A stretch of DNA of 64,000 nucleotides, taken from the NCBI GenBank assembly GCA_000934665.2, contig KZ538203.1, positions 1-64,000 on the forward strand. The letters are read 5' to 3'. Position numbers and translations under genes: made by a program. This DNA comes from Catajapyx aquilonaris. Its lineage: Eukaryota. The notes beneath the pieces are model-generated. The model was not told where the DNA came from, did no database searches, and saw only the letters and a list, made by a program, of their open reading frames with translations. This document shows positions 40,901 to 55,900 of the stretch, one piece after another; within the stretch, counting starts at the first letter, position 1; every line of letters starts with the position of its first letter.

Positions 40901-43900
40901 CTTGAGATCAAACCTTCCGAAATCTGGCCGCGTCCTAGAAACATGTTGCAGGAAACAAATTTTTAGGAGCCGACCAGAATGCAAGTGGACTGAACTGCCC
41001 CCGATATATATGAAGAAATGCGGTGACAGGTTCTATAAAAAGGAGTCGGAGCATGATAGCCGTTGATTTGCTACGTGCAACGTGCTGTTACAGTACACAG
41101 GACCCGAGGAGTTTGCGTGAGGCACGCCGAAATGGGTCGGATTGACCGACTAATTAGATGACAAAAAAAGCGACGGAAGGATGTGGTGCTGGGTTTATGG
41201 TGGAGAAAGATGGGAGGCACAATCTTGCTATTCCTGGTATATCAGCGGGTGATCCTCGGTTGGGTCACACATGTACATGTGAGCAAAAATTAACGGAAGT
41301 CGTTGGAGGCTATAGTGGGAATCGATGGGTATGTCGCACGTTATGCCAATCAGCTCCCCCCCTTTTTTTTGTTATTACTATATCAGGACCATGAACGTGG
41401 CCTGTCTGCCCAAATGTGGTACAGTGCGCCCTTTCAACTTTGGTATTGATTTCTAGGCTGGTTTTCATTGGCACTAACTGTAGGCGTGAGGTGTAGTTGG
41501 CCTGGGGGCGTATTGTGCGCCCAAAACATGCCAGCAGGAGGGCCTCGTACGATGTCATGCTCTTCATTCATATCGCTCACCAGGGCGCACTCGGAGCTAC
41601 GCAGCCAGGAGGATATGGTCCAAAAATATTGGATTCTGGGAGCATGGAATATGAGAGACTGAGACACAATTATGTATGGTCATACTACCTGATGGACAGG
41701 CTGCCATCAGCCCCTATACCCGGAGGTGGAGAATCGCGTATCGACTATGCCATACCCCGCCTGCCCTGCCCGGGGGCAGTAAGGCATACTTTCCAACCTA
41801 CGGCTACGGGCAGGGGCCATCAGCCCGTGACATACTTCCTTATCGTCGGCTGCGTTGCCGCTGTTCGTGCTAGTCAAGCTGAAGTGATAGCATATATGCA
41901 AATACGGGGAGATGATATTTCAACTCCAACGTCACCAGGATATCGAAACGCAGAATGAGCAGTGTTATGCGATATTTTGATAAATTTTTACACCTGTATG
42001 TCAAACTTTTCGGTAGAAATATTATGTTTTTTTTAAAAAATATATCGAATGCATATTGATACTTATGGAATATCGATTTTCGATATGGAAACTCAGCACT
42101 ACGTACGGTATATTAAAAACAATGAGGCTCTGCGACTGTCCCTGTTTACCCCGTCCGACCCTGCGTATGCGACACATTAGCGACACCCTAACAGATCGAT
42201 CCTTTTTAATAACACCCCCTTTTCGTCCAGAAATCCACAAGCATTGTTGCGGGTCTCAGCGGAACAATCCGTGGAAGCTATCGCCTTTATATGCCGCGTG
42301 ATTCATTTCCGCTTATATGACTACATCCTCCCATGAAAATCGATTGTGCTTATGCATGTAGTTAGAGCTTTGGGAGCAAGCGTTTTATTCTCTGACTGGC
42401 GTCCCCAACAGGCCTTGTCAGTCGTCACTGGCGCCAGTTACACCAAATATTTGCGCCATGTCTGCCACCGTTTCGCCATATGGGCCGTATCAGTTTTGTG
42501 CCGATACAATTTCGCATCCCATTTGGTCCTATGCAAGTTATTGGTCGGTGTCGCCCCCGGATACTAGATGAATGAATGATGCCGCTTAATTTTACGGGGG
42601 CCGAATGGCCGGGGCAGCAGTCAACGGGTTAACGATATTATTATGCGGCCTGTTACATGTTTTGAAGACGTCCGGGTTGGATGGCGACGCTTTTCTGCAG
42701 GGGAAGCTAGTCCAAATGGCGGCCATTTGTGTGTGAGGTCTGGGGCTAAATGTCCTGGGGCCTTATAGTTGTTGGTGCTGTATGATTCGACGTCTGCAGT
42801 GTAGTGGCGATAATGATATCCGGCGGGTCCATTAGGTCCGCATTGCATTTATGAGCCAGAGAGGTATTTTAAGGAGGGCTTCATCCGTGATAGTGTTTTT
42901 GATTACGTTGTTCTGTTGGTGTGGACGCTACCATTTCGAGGAGAACATAGTCATCTTGGCCGCTAAGGGCCGGTCTATACTGCATACAAGTTGCATGATA
43001 TATGTTGCGTTGTGTGGTGCGAATGCGGCATTTAATGCTAGTTTAATTGCAAACACCGTTACTTTGAAATGGCAGCTTTATAGTGTATGAATAGCCTCAG
43101 TGAAGAAAATAACCGCCAACTATATACGAGTAGCCTGCCTTTGAGAATATGAAGGGACTAGTTTTTCAAGTACATGCTGATATTCCGGTTCTCCAAATGG
43201 TCATTGAGAGGGATTTGTCGCATGCTTTGAACTGAAACGGATGGATCTAACGGGAATTTGTGTTGTTGTTTGTAAGCAATTCACTTTGGGCAGCAACGTA
43301 CAATGGTGTCAGGTAATTGTAAAAAGAACTAAATAAATATGATATGTGATGGGCTAAAAGCAGCCACCTACACAATATTGATGTACGAACATGTTTGATT
43401 TCGCGTGTCTCTGTCATGCAGTTTAATTCTGACCCTTCTGAAAGAGAATTTGAAACCATTCACATGATGGTAGAAATCCGAGCAAAGAGGTGGCCTCTCT
43501 GGCAACTCCCAGGCACGAATGAAGTAGCTAGTGTGTGTTTTTTTGAAGCCCACATCCCCAGAGAGAGACGACGTGTCGCCCGCGTTACAAGCCTATCTGG
43601 AGCGCAGTCAAACCGAAACTGCTTACAAAATATAGGAGCTATAGTTTATAGTAGCGAGACCATTTGTCGATCGAGTCCCACTTATTCCTCCCCTGTGAAC
43701 CGTGTAGGCGTACGTGAGCGCCCCAAGAGAACCCTACGTGCGCATCGGGACCGTATGACTTATTAATGCGGTAATGACAGGGGGTTGGTGAGGTGGGTGA
43801 ATATTGCCTCCGGGGCCCCCTTTTCGTCACAAGTCGTCTAAATCCAGACACCTTTCTGCACGATGGGTTTTTCATTAACTTATACCAGGATTTGAATAGT

Positions 43901-46900
43901 CGGACTTGTTGCCCTGTGACTAAGTCCGACTATTTAAATCCTGGTATGAGACTGAGAAATGCACGTTTCAAGAGAGGAAATTAGCGCCCCCTCCCCCCCT
44001 CGCTGTTTCCTGCTTCAGGCAGGATATTTGATACTGTGGGGGCAACATTTTTAGCGGCAGTTTTCATGCATAGTATGTAGGATCACGCATGATTGCTACT
44101 GGATCAACTTTCGCTCGGTTGTGTGGGTCTAGTTATCCTGAATGTTAGTCGCACCGCTGCTCAGAAGAGTCGAGCGGGGTTGCCATGAACAGTCAGGATA
44201 CACGACATTGTAGACATTTTGCTCATTTTATATTCTTTGGAGATTCGGGATTCTCCTGGAAGGATTTTCTAATCACAATATTTCTAGATATTCCAGACCG
44301 ACCTATGTGAAGAAACAAAACTGCAATAGTGTTGGAAAATATCCGGAGCGAACGACCCCCCCACATGGGAGTAAAAGCAGACATAAATCAAAGGGGAAGG
44401 AGTGTTTGTGACAGATTGGAAGCCGTGTTGACACTACCCCCCCAGTTTTCTTGGGGAGATCCCTGGACGCCATTGCTGGCGACAAGAGCGCAAGAGGCGC
44501 GGGACAGAAAACTCAATACAGGGAATCGTGAATTGGATGCTGCTTCCGTGCGCCGTCCGGTTTTTTTTTTTCCATGTCCTTTCGGCTGGAAGCTGGCTTT
44601 ATGCACCTGTCCTCGGTCGTTCGTGCGATTTTGATGTGCATGCTCTTATTCAATTTGAGAATATCGTTCTTCTTCCGGCAGATGGGGGGGGGGGTGGCTA
44701 TTCATTCATACTGGGTTGAATATTTTTTTGGATGACGTTTGCTATCCGCAGTGGATGTAACGGCGAATATTTTTCTGTGGCAACCGTGGCTGAAAAAAAT
44801 GCTGATGGGCCTTTTCCGTGCTGGAAGGGAAAAATTATGGGCCACTGGTGGAGGGGCGGGCCTGATGTTCATTGAGGTTTTGTAAAGGCTGGTATTTCTG
44901 CTGCGTTAACAACAACAGCAGTGGGTGTATATTATATCCAAGGTAGCTGTGCAGGTCCAATGTCCACCTTGATGGCCAGTGGAAGAATCCTTTTTGTGTT
45001 GTGGATGAGTGTCCACAAATTAGCAGGCCTACGCTGTGTTCAAGGCGGTGGAAAAGTGCGCAGGTACTGGGACTTGGGTTCATTAGGAATCTGTATAGAT
45101 TTGATTCGAGTTCATTTTGGCAATTTCAGCTGCGGAGGTTATCTGATATCAATTTTTGTTTCGTTACCCAGCATGTGAATGATATGGTTAGACCACTTTG
45201 GTAGTAAAAGGGAGGTCTTTCAACCCCTGGCTATTACCAGGGGGATGAACTCTTGGATGAACTTATCTATAACGGGGCAACACTTAAGACATTTTCCTGG
45301 AAATTCAATAAGAATTTTGATCCCAAGAATAATGCGTACCAGGCACATCCAGAATAATCAGCGAATTTGACGAACAATTCATCCATTGTTTGTGGGGAAC
45401 ACATGAATTAAATTAAGCATATACTGTACGCACGCATACTAAGACAGTCAAATGTGCACTCTTTCGGATAGGAAGATACCTTTTTTTTAAATATCAAAGG
45501 AAAACCTATTACGACTATGACAGGTTAATATTAAGGTGGAAATGAAGCGACTTGCTAATCAAATGAGAGTCTAGAATTGGAATGTTAATAAGAAGGGCTA
45601 AAATCAGGGAAACATACGCAACCGATGCAGCAGTAAATGCTGTTCAATCCTATGCATTCCATTCGAATCTGCGTTTTAAACTCGATTTAATATGGGCCCA
45701 TTACCGGCGGCAAGTTTTTGTGCGCAGGCGCAATTGTCACGGCTGCCAACTTAAACATGGTATTTGGAGGTTTGCTTAATATTTGTTATTTTTGATGGAA
45801 ATCGATTTTATTCGGTCGTAATTACGAGGTCCCAATTTGTCATGGCATTTTTAAAAGTTTAGTTCCGAAAGGGGAGCCTGTAGCTCGTCATTTGTGTCGG
45901 ATTTGGAACACGTTCAGTTGGTACGCGGGTGACAGATAGAAGCGGCAACGCAGCAAAGGTCCGGGCCAATTATCGCGTAGCAATGCGACGTCATTGCCGG
46001 GTGGATTCGAATGATTCGATTATTATATTATAATTATAACTATATAAACTAATATAACGGTTCTGACGTCTGACAAACACCCCCGCCAAACGAAAATCCT
46101 GTGTGAGCCATTGTGAAAACCATCATACTAACTTGCACTCATATTTCGCGATCGTATGCAACCGTATCTCGCTACCGTAAACAACGCTGTGTTGCCACGT
46201 CCTCACTAGAGTGGAGCAATGTGACGTCACTGGATCATTTTCGGATCGTTTTTCAGCAATACAAATTGAAAGAGCACGGTGAGGCAGGTTTTTGTTTTTG
46301 CGGTTACGATCAGTATATAATTCCCGACATATTACACATTAAATTTTAAAATTCTCATTTGCTTATCATTTTTTTGTGGACTATTGAAAATTCTGCCAGG
46401 GCCCATGTTAAATCGCGAACTTCTGAGCCCTCTAGTTCGCTAATTTGCACGGTGACGTGTATTTTTCTTTGCACCATTGATAAGAGGACACAAAACTGCG
46501 TAACATATGTTTTTTTCATAAAATTCTCATTGAGTGACTCTAGCTTCATTTCCACCTTAATGCAGCTTATATGAATGACAATGCAGGCACTGTAGTGCTT
46601 TATACGCCGGATTAACTCTGAGCTTTTTGCAGCAGTATTACAGACGAAAGAGTTACCCAGCGCCATCGCTTCTCTCCTGATACAGCTGTAACGTAACTGC
46701 AAAGATCGCTACGTCGACTAATATTGTGTACACACCTAACTGCTCTCGGACAGGGTATATATCGAAACGCACACAAACGCTTAAATGGTGGAGTACGGCT
46801 AATGAGGCCGAGAATTTTTGGGATCGATATTGCAGCAGACGGCCATGTTGGCAGCAGCCGGCTAAGCAGCTCCAAAAGACTTTTTTTTTTTCCACAGCAA

Positions 46901-49900
46901 ACAAAATTAGGCGCGGATAACAGGGTAACAGGGTCCAACCAACACGTATACTGAATCAGTGCATGTGACCATGCGAAATCAGAATGCAATCCGGTCACGT
47001 ATCACTTGCTACAACGATCGGATCATGAGTCCCTGGACACTACTTTGTCTTAGGGTGGGTGGGGTGGGGTGTAGAGAAATGCGACCAGAATACCCCCTAA
47101 TCGTGTCCGGAACTTGGGCGCTATCGCACAGGCTAGGTGTGGTTGGGCGACCGGAAGATTGCCGAGCGACATGAAGTGCCAAGAGGGCATTTAGCTGGCG
47201 ATGTGCACTTTGGCGGTGCTCGAAGTGGCGAGCAGGGTGGGTGTCATGTTGGGAACCCTATTCAGTAATTCTATGAGCCAATCAGCGCATCTTGGGATCG
47301 ACTTGGCCGATTTATTTCGACTTTGTCCAGGCGTGAGCTTTACTTATTGGCTACCCTCCCCTGTACTACTTGTGTCACGGTCCATTTCAAATTGCCCATC
47401 AGGTCCAATATCGATTTGTTGCCCCTGGGAGAAGGTCTGGGGGGGTTGAGGGTGCGGGGGGGTGGAGGAAGTGGATGATATTGGGGCGGGGGAGAGAGAA
47501 TCATTAATCGCCACACCATTCTGTCTGGCCGGATAATAGCCTTGTAACCTAGCCGAATATTCTTGGAGAGGAAGCGAAATCGCCAAAGGCTTCACTTCCT
47601 GAAGGAAATGATGAGTGTTGTTACTCTATGGATGAATGGTCACTGTGTTTTGGGCTGATTTTATGGCTGGGCAGTCCATGGACTGGGAGGCTAACGAGGC
47701 TTTATTAATGCCCGGTGTCTGGTATTGTTTTATTGAAATAACTGCAGTTCATGGAGCGATCAATGGAAAAGGCAACAGTTTCATTAGCGGGGGAAACAGG
47801 TGGGATGGGGAAAGTATTTGCCGGTCTTTGGGGTGTCTTTAAAAATGTGGATGTGAGGTGCGAACTTGTGCAATGTCCAGATGAATGCATATTGTTTTGT
47901 TTCATAATTCTAGATTGTAATTAGCTAGGAACATCGCGGAGTAATCTACCAGGAATATCGAGAAATTTTTTACTAGATATGATAGACATAATAGACCAAG
48001 AGTGAAAGATTTAACTGATAAGTTAGTTACAGGTAGGGGCTTTTTTACATGTCAATTTAAGGACGTCTAATCAAACTCGGGGAGAATTCTAAAGTTTTTC
48101 TTGCCGTTTGCAAACTTTTTTGAGCAAAGCAGTAATTAAAGCTGCATTTTCCACTTTCCAGCCGACAAAGACGTGCCAGGTATAATTAAATTCTGGTGCA
48201 GTATGAAGTGAACATAATACCCACTCGTCAGCGTTGTAGGTACCTGCTATACGTATAGGGATGTTACTGTTGAGCTATGGAGCCCAATACAAATGTTTAT
48301 GGTCAGGGAAAAGCGAATTGGTTGTCACCACAGTGTATTTCCAGATACGCGCCACAAATTCCCACGAATCCGTTTTTAGACTTCATTCTCATGGATCTTC
48401 ATTTGTTCTTGTCAGATGTAGGTCATTCTTATCGTCACACAAAGGATGCTTGGTCAGGAATGGAAACCCCGCACATTATTTAGATTTATTTATTTATTTT
48501 TCTGGTGGAGAGGTCAGTGTTGAGGGAAAAAATATCTCGGGTTGAAATTAAGTGGGGGTCTTTTTATATCTCCAACATTATACACAATAAGCTTATTTAG
48601 GCAGGCATTCTGCAAACCACAGACGTTATTTCTGTTCCCAGCGTTCTGAATATATAACAGGCTACTTAAATTTTGTTATAATAAAACTGGATACACAGTT
48701 ATGTAGTTTTTCAGGCGATTTCATCCCTTTAATATGCTGATATTAGACATAAAAAATAAACAGCTGTACAATATTTTAGTTACCGGCACCTTGGTCATCA
48801 GCTATACGATAGTCATCGGTGCTTGACCTTTATTACGTCTGTGGACAGGCAGGATGAATGCGTTTTGAGAATTTGAACACATATTGTGTAATCTATAGAC
48901 TATGTGATCTAATCTTTGTTATTTCGTTTTATCGGGACTCTCCGCCCATAGACAACATTGAACTGGAGGTGAAAGAGGGCTTGTACTGTACATGCTTTGC
49001 TTACGCCAGTACATTGTCTATTGGCTGAGGTGGGAGGATCATAAAGTGATCAGTTGATAACACTCACGAGTCATGACACTGAAGCATGAGTTGCATATGT
49101 TACTCGGAGTAGTCTCCAGTAGATTTACTATTGAAATCCTTCGCACGTCAATGTCTCGGAGATGAAACAAGGCTTGATCGACATGATTCATGTCCAGGAT
49201 ATGCCACATGTATTAGAGATTGAGTTTCTTCGATATATGATGTTTGCACCGTATATCTGTCAGGACGAAGCAGGCTACTTCATCTTGCTAAACTGCGGCT
49301 GTATAGTGTTCATAATGCCTTGCATGCATAGACAATTAGGCTCGACATTGGCAATTAACTTGGCCTTCTCTTCTATACGAAAGTGAATGGCCAAGCTTTA
49401 ATTCACACGTGTCCTGGTCTGTTGGAGATGTAAGCGAGTATTTTACAAATCGTTGTTAATTTCCATAAGTTAATATTGCATGGCAGTTTCAAACACTGTC
49501 CAACTGATTGTTTCTTCTGCACAATTGGATAAGGAGGAGAGTTTTGTCAAATGTTTTACCTCGGCGAGCTCCCCTAATCCCTGGATTCAGAAGAGCGTTA
49601 CAGCACTGTATCATTTGATAAGCCGGCTAATCTTGCCTCTTGCTCTTTTCGGGTCAGTCTCCAGAATTTGAAAGGGACAGTTACGCATTCACTGGAGTCA
49701 TTTGCTGGAAACAATGACTGAAAAGTAAGGCTTAGATATTACTTTAAATGGTGATCGTCGAGATTCTAGGAAGTGTATAGGGCGCTTCATTTCTAACATA
49801 ATACGGCACACCATACCAGTACGATGTATCTTGTCAAGATAAAGGAGATTTACAGCAGTATGTGACAAAAGACTAATAACACGGTAGCAGTATACGTAGT

Positions 49901-52900
49901 TGTATGACGCGTATTGTTTCCGGATTAATTACCTAGCAACACCAATAGTGTGTAGGATCATTAACAGCCGGCCACCTAATTGGACATTATCTTCACGTTT
50001 AGAATGCAAACTACAGGGCGTAAAAGGACGATGCCATGAACAATTACCAGACGCTAAAGTTATTGACTCTTTATCCCGAACTTTCCCCGCAGTGTTCGAT
50101 TGAGTGTGACAGTCCCAGCAATGCAGTCGTAAAATCCAATTACATGGGACGAATCATTACAGCACCGCTGTAAGCGCTGCACATCCGATGATTTACAGTA
50201 TATCGTGACCGGAAATCTGCACTTGACATGGCCACGACAAATCATATCTTGCCTACATTTCATTTGTGACACGTGATTGAATCAAGGAGAAATTCCCATT
50301 GCCAACTCAGCAGGTTGCAGAAAATAGTACCGGTACGGCGCACATACTGGCAATTAACTATCGCTTGATTTGGATCACGTGGTCTGATGAAGTCCTTATG
50401 ATGCGATGTGCACGCTTCCGTAACGTGGGAGCCTCCTAATAGCAAATCTTAATTAGCAGTTTTAATCAATGTGTTCTAGGACGCTTGAATAGACTCGTCT
50501 GTGTGACGGCAAGAAATGTCGTGGGCCTGAGAGATTCATCCAGAGGGAAAATTGGCAGTCTAGCATGCGCAATTGATGGTGATAAATGATCCGTCTAGAG
50601 AAAAGGCATTAGCTGAGCTGGTGGTGTAATCAGGATGCTCTCCAGTCCTTTTACAATGGTACTGTTTTTTATGAGGAGGAGCTTTTAGACGTTGATTGCC
50701 TCAGTTCATACGTCGCCATCGTTGAATCCTGTGCGAATTGCGCCAGGTGCAATATCGGAGTAGCCATTGCTCAAACCATAAAAGTAACTAAATCAACTGG
50801 TAAAATACGCAATAAAAAAATTAGTGGCAGTAGTATCACATGTTCATTTTTATATTCCAATAAAATGTTGATACATTTTGCCCCGATGATTAAGATCCTA
50901 TAGCTACGCCCACGTCCAGATTCTGGCACATTAATTGACCAATGCGATGTGGCCACTAATTAAATTATCCGACGGTCCGTTGATTTCCTGGTAAAAGCAC
51001 AGGCGAGGGTGGATCATTTTTGTTGGCGTTAGAAACCTTTGATCCCCGCCACCAACGAGTGCCTCAAATGGCCAAATGTTAAACATGTTCTAGTGTAGGC
51101 CAGATTGTGGAACATGCGGAAGGTAGGCTCATGTGTGCGGACATTATTGAGGCCTGGAGGGGTTTTGGTGTGAGGCAGACCGTCCGACTTCAATATTACA
51201 GGAGTACTTTCGGTCTGTGTAATTTGAAACTGGTTTCGACTTTTTCACTGTTGGAGGTTCTCGGCGACTTCATTTCGTTGCGGTTGTAGTGTGTAGTAGC
51301 CGAAAATTTGGCAGTCATGGTTGGTCGTTGTCGATCTATAGAAGCCCCTGTTTGGTTAACAAAATTTAACCATTATTTTAATGAGAAAAGCAAAGAGATC
51401 CGGTATGAAACTGTACAGTAGCCTACTCTATGAACCATGCATAGAGACTAAGGTATGCTCCAGTGCTTTCCATCCTAATTACCAATTTTGGTAACAAGAT
51501 TTGAACGTAATCATGAATTTTTGCACCTGCGATTCGAAAGAATGGTTCACATCCAACCAACCATTCATGACTTGTAAACCTTCGATATTGACGTTTGCGG
51601 TTGAAAAACCATGCTAAAAATAAGGCTACCTGGTTGCAAGTTGTCAAATTGACATGCACCAGGCTCTAATTAGTTTCTAGAAATTATCGCAACATTTACT
51701 GCATAATAACAGACTGGGTGTCTATATTAACTATATATAAAATTTTGTTTGATTTTTGGATAAGAATCACGCTCTCTCAGAGCACATTAGCTCAATTGAA
51801 ACCCTCTTTGAATCAAGTACGCCAATTGCGACATTTCAGCCAGGCCTTCAGAGGACCACTACAAAAACCTGAACCAATGACCCCGTCTTGGAGTGGGTCT
51901 GTGCAGGCAGACAAGGACTCAAAAGACACCAGCAGCCAGGAGACAACTTGGGCAGGCAATGGGGTCTATAGGGGACTGGGGGATGGCGGGAAGGGAATGG
52001 GGGGGGGGGGGGGNNNNNNNNNGGGGGTATGGCGGCCGTGGTGGTGGTGGCAGTGGGGGTGCCCCACAGATCGATTCCTGCTTGGAGTCTGCTGCTGGCT
52101 CCAAGCCCAAATTGCCCACCTTTTGGCCCATACCGCAAGGGCACAAGCCAGACACAGATCGTGCTTGGTGTCCTAGGTGTCTGATGTATTGTTATAAGCT
52201 GAGAAGAACCCCCAATATTGGTCAACTTATGCCAATTTCGAATGGTTATGCTGACCCACTCAGTAGGTCATTATGTCTCAACAGAGGTTGCAGTAGATTG
52301 AATACAAATCGTGTAGCCTCTCAGGTTCATCCAGCACCCCTGATGTCCTTGACAAGCCCCCATCTATATAGTGGATAGGGCAGGAAATTTTTGAGGATAT
52401 TAAGAGCATGGGAAGCCAAAATGTTTTTGACCCGGGCCACATGAATATGGAATGAGTATGGGTGACATGATGCAGGCTTGGTTGCCTCCCACTTTTGGAG
52501 ATGACCTGTCGATGAAGGACAGCGTCGACTCCTTCACAACAGGTCTTATCTTCATCGATTTCCCATCTTTCTCGCACAATGCAGCCCGACTCTGAAACAT
52601 TCCACCCCCCCCCCCCCCTTCCTCAACAACTCCACCACCCTCACTTCATACAAATTTCCAAACGCAGCCAAGTGCCTCAAAGTCTATGCCAAGACTTCCT
52701 CCCCAGAAACTTGCAGTTCTCTGCCGAAAATTACATTGGAGATGTTACACTTCTAGGGCAAATATTGTCACGGACAAATCCATTTGGATGGTTTGCTGTG
52801 AACTATTTCTATTCAAAATTGTGCAAGGTTGTCCTGAACAAGCGGGATTCATGTTGTAGTCGTTATGGATAGTGACATCAGAAACCCACTTCCGCATATC

Positions 52901-55900
52901 TATCGACCTATAGAAACAGCTTGTTATTGATATCCAGTTACTGTTGACCACATGAGTAACTGTTATGGAAATTTTTCTCATGGTGGTGCCATTGCTAGAC
53001 TGTAAGCTTATTACACCATTTCTGGCAAAGATCCAGCATGTCGAATAAGCACTGCTGCAGTACTGTACAGTATTACTGCGATGCACTGAAGTTGAGTACA
53101 CGAATATGAAAAGAAGAAGAAGAAGAAAAAAAAAAGACTCTCAAAGCCTTTTCTTTTGGAGGCCACAACAGAATTTCGATCGAAAAACTAACCACCGTGG
53201 GTCCCACAATTTCATCGACTTTTTTTTTTTTTTTTCGCGCAATGAGAGTGCGAAAGTGGGAAGCGAGGAACTATAGGAGAGTCATACATTTCTCCCAAAC
53301 TTTTGTGTGTATTGCCCTAGGAAAACCAGCCGTTCCTCCTTATAAGCCCCAGAGGAAAAATTCTACCAGATTTCTCTGCAAAACCCTCCAGTGATTCGTT
53401 GCTGTAGAATGTGGTGCTTAGAGCGAGAGAGTGTGCCAGATTGTTTTTACAAAAATTTGAATTTTTGGGCTCACTTTTTTTTTTGCGGGCAGGGGGGGGG
53501 GGGGGGNGGGGGGGGGGGTTGCTCGTGTGAATTTTATAACCATCCTTGGAGAGTGAGGGCCAACATAATTTTTGGGGCCCCCCAGTTGATGGCTAAAATT
53601 CCGCACCTTTTCCCCCAAGCCCAGGTGCAATTCATCTCATTGTCGAACTGGATGACGCTCGTAACCCATCTCCCACCAGGTAATTTTTTATCCGGTCCAA
53701 TTTTCAGTCCGGTTTAGCCCGGCCAACATGGGGGTATGAAATTTTTACAAGGTGGTTCGTTTTTGGTGTAGGAGGTTCCCAAAATATTGAAAGACTAGCA
53801 TTTTGGAGGGGGGGGGGGAGGAGGCTGCAAAATTAAATAGGGATTATGCATGCATTTTGCAGGGGTTGAAAAACAGTGGTGGAGAAGAAAAAAAAGGATC
53901 GATGCAAATTGGGACTATCTCCGCGCAGATTGTGAATTAGGCGATGGCGACGGCTTGAAATGGTCCCGAAGGCGACCAAAAAACCATTGGGAAAAGTTTT
54001 CAATGTGGAGGAAAGCCATTTGTCCAGGGTCAAGCCAATTCCGCGCCGTCCAGGAAAAGCGATTGAACTGCAAACTCAGCGGCAGATATAGCTTTCCGGC
54101 TCTTTAACTTCGAGGGGGGGGGGGGGGGTGTCAGGGCTTATACCTGCCTTTTTTTCTGGGGGTAAATTTAGCAAGTTTTAAATTATTTTTTGGGGGATGC
54201 AGCGACTTTTTAATTTTGGCCAACCTTTTTTTTTTCTGGGGACTTTTTGGGTGGTGGAGGCGGGTTGTTGCCACCTTTTTGGAATGTTGATGGATCTGGA
54301 AGTCCTTGGTGGCATTTTGCCTGTAGAAGTTTCCGCCCTTTTCGAGTCTGTCACCCGGAAAAAGCACAGGAGCACACAAAAAAAGGGGGGAAAAAGATGG
54401 AGGAGCTAAAAGTGTATTTACGATTTTACAGGAGCTTTAGGTTCGTGCCAGGAAGCTGGATTTTTGGGGACAAAAAGGGCTACGCTTTTGTGGTCATGCC
54501 AAGATTATATGGTGTGACTAGTGTCGGCGAGTGTGAATGGACCGAGAGATAATAGTAAGGGCTGCTAATTTTACAGATGATACATTGTGAAAGAAATGAC
54601 TTGTGACTGTGATTTACTAACTGCTGGAACAACCACATGCTTCGATCGACACTATATTGTGTAGTGGGAAATTATTAAAATGTATTTTGTGACGTGAACC
54701 ATTGTGGATTATGTCTTATGAAATATGCAGTAGCACTGCTTTTATGTTTTGTCAGTATACTGCAATCCAGTTTTCATTCTAACCATACATTGTATGCTGG
54801 TACTGTGTGATAATATATTTCTTCTACTAGCCATGTTGTTATGCATTATTTTCTCTGGGTGTTGGTGATTATTGTGCTAAGGGAATGAGAACTATTTATC
54901 ATTACACAGGATCGCCCCGAGTATATGTGCTACATGCTTTAAATATGTGGTCTGCATAAATTTGAAATTGTGCAAACTGCCCATGGCACGTATATACATC
55001 AAAACATGGCACAATAACATGAATGTTGGATTTTGCTCACCTGGGGGGATATTGCAGATGTTACATTCCCATATAGTTCTCGGTTAGATTTTCGTGAGCT
55101 ATAGTGTTCTTCATCCATGTATATGCTAACCCTTTGAATGCTAAACTCAATGGACTAACTCTTGCGGAATGCGCAAAATATTGCTGGGCGAATTTCCTCC
55201 AGAGAATGGTTTTATTCAAAGCGAGCGTGGAACCCAAGTTCTCTTTTGTTTATTGGACGACATTATATGCTACGTGAAACGTCGCCTCTAGAAGCAACTT
55301 GATCGCACCATAGAAGCATTCACCTTTCTACGGAAAAGTAACTATAATTCCGTCATCTCTTGAGATAGCGAGCCTTGCTTGCTCAAGGCTGTATTTGGCT
55401 GGTTTTGTCGGAATCAGTTTCGCAATAGCCGGGGGTTACATACAGCAGTTGCATTTACAAACAACCTAAGGAACTTGTCTTTAGACTAATTTGGATGGAT
55501 TGTATACATTTAGAACAGCCCATTTGTATACGAGATTCAAATATGTGAACTTTTTCGTAACAGCTTGCATTATGTACACAGTAGTATCTATATGAATTTG
55601 TTACTTTCACGCATTTGTCAAGTTGCTAATTGTTCTCCTGGGATATACATGCTTTAGAACTTGCAATGCTGCAGATTTATGCTACATCTTTGGCCTACTA
55701 TCCGGGTCTTCTCGGAAAGTTTCAAGCCATCTGCTTCAAAGCACGAGCAAAAGCGTGCCTGGAGGGCATTAACTCTTCAGGGGAGAAAAAAGGAAGAACT
55801 CTACCTCTATCTCACATCCTGTAGCCCACTGAAGATGATGAATCAAGGGCTCTTCACAGGCAGCAGTGGGCTGAAGGTACAGCCAGCACACTGTTTACTG

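Noticed and set aside
51850..52200. GC-rich ORFs with PKLPTFWP resembling a Gypsy gag N-terminal motif
   Set aside because: Single short motif next to an N gap; no LTR, PBS or pol sequence found.
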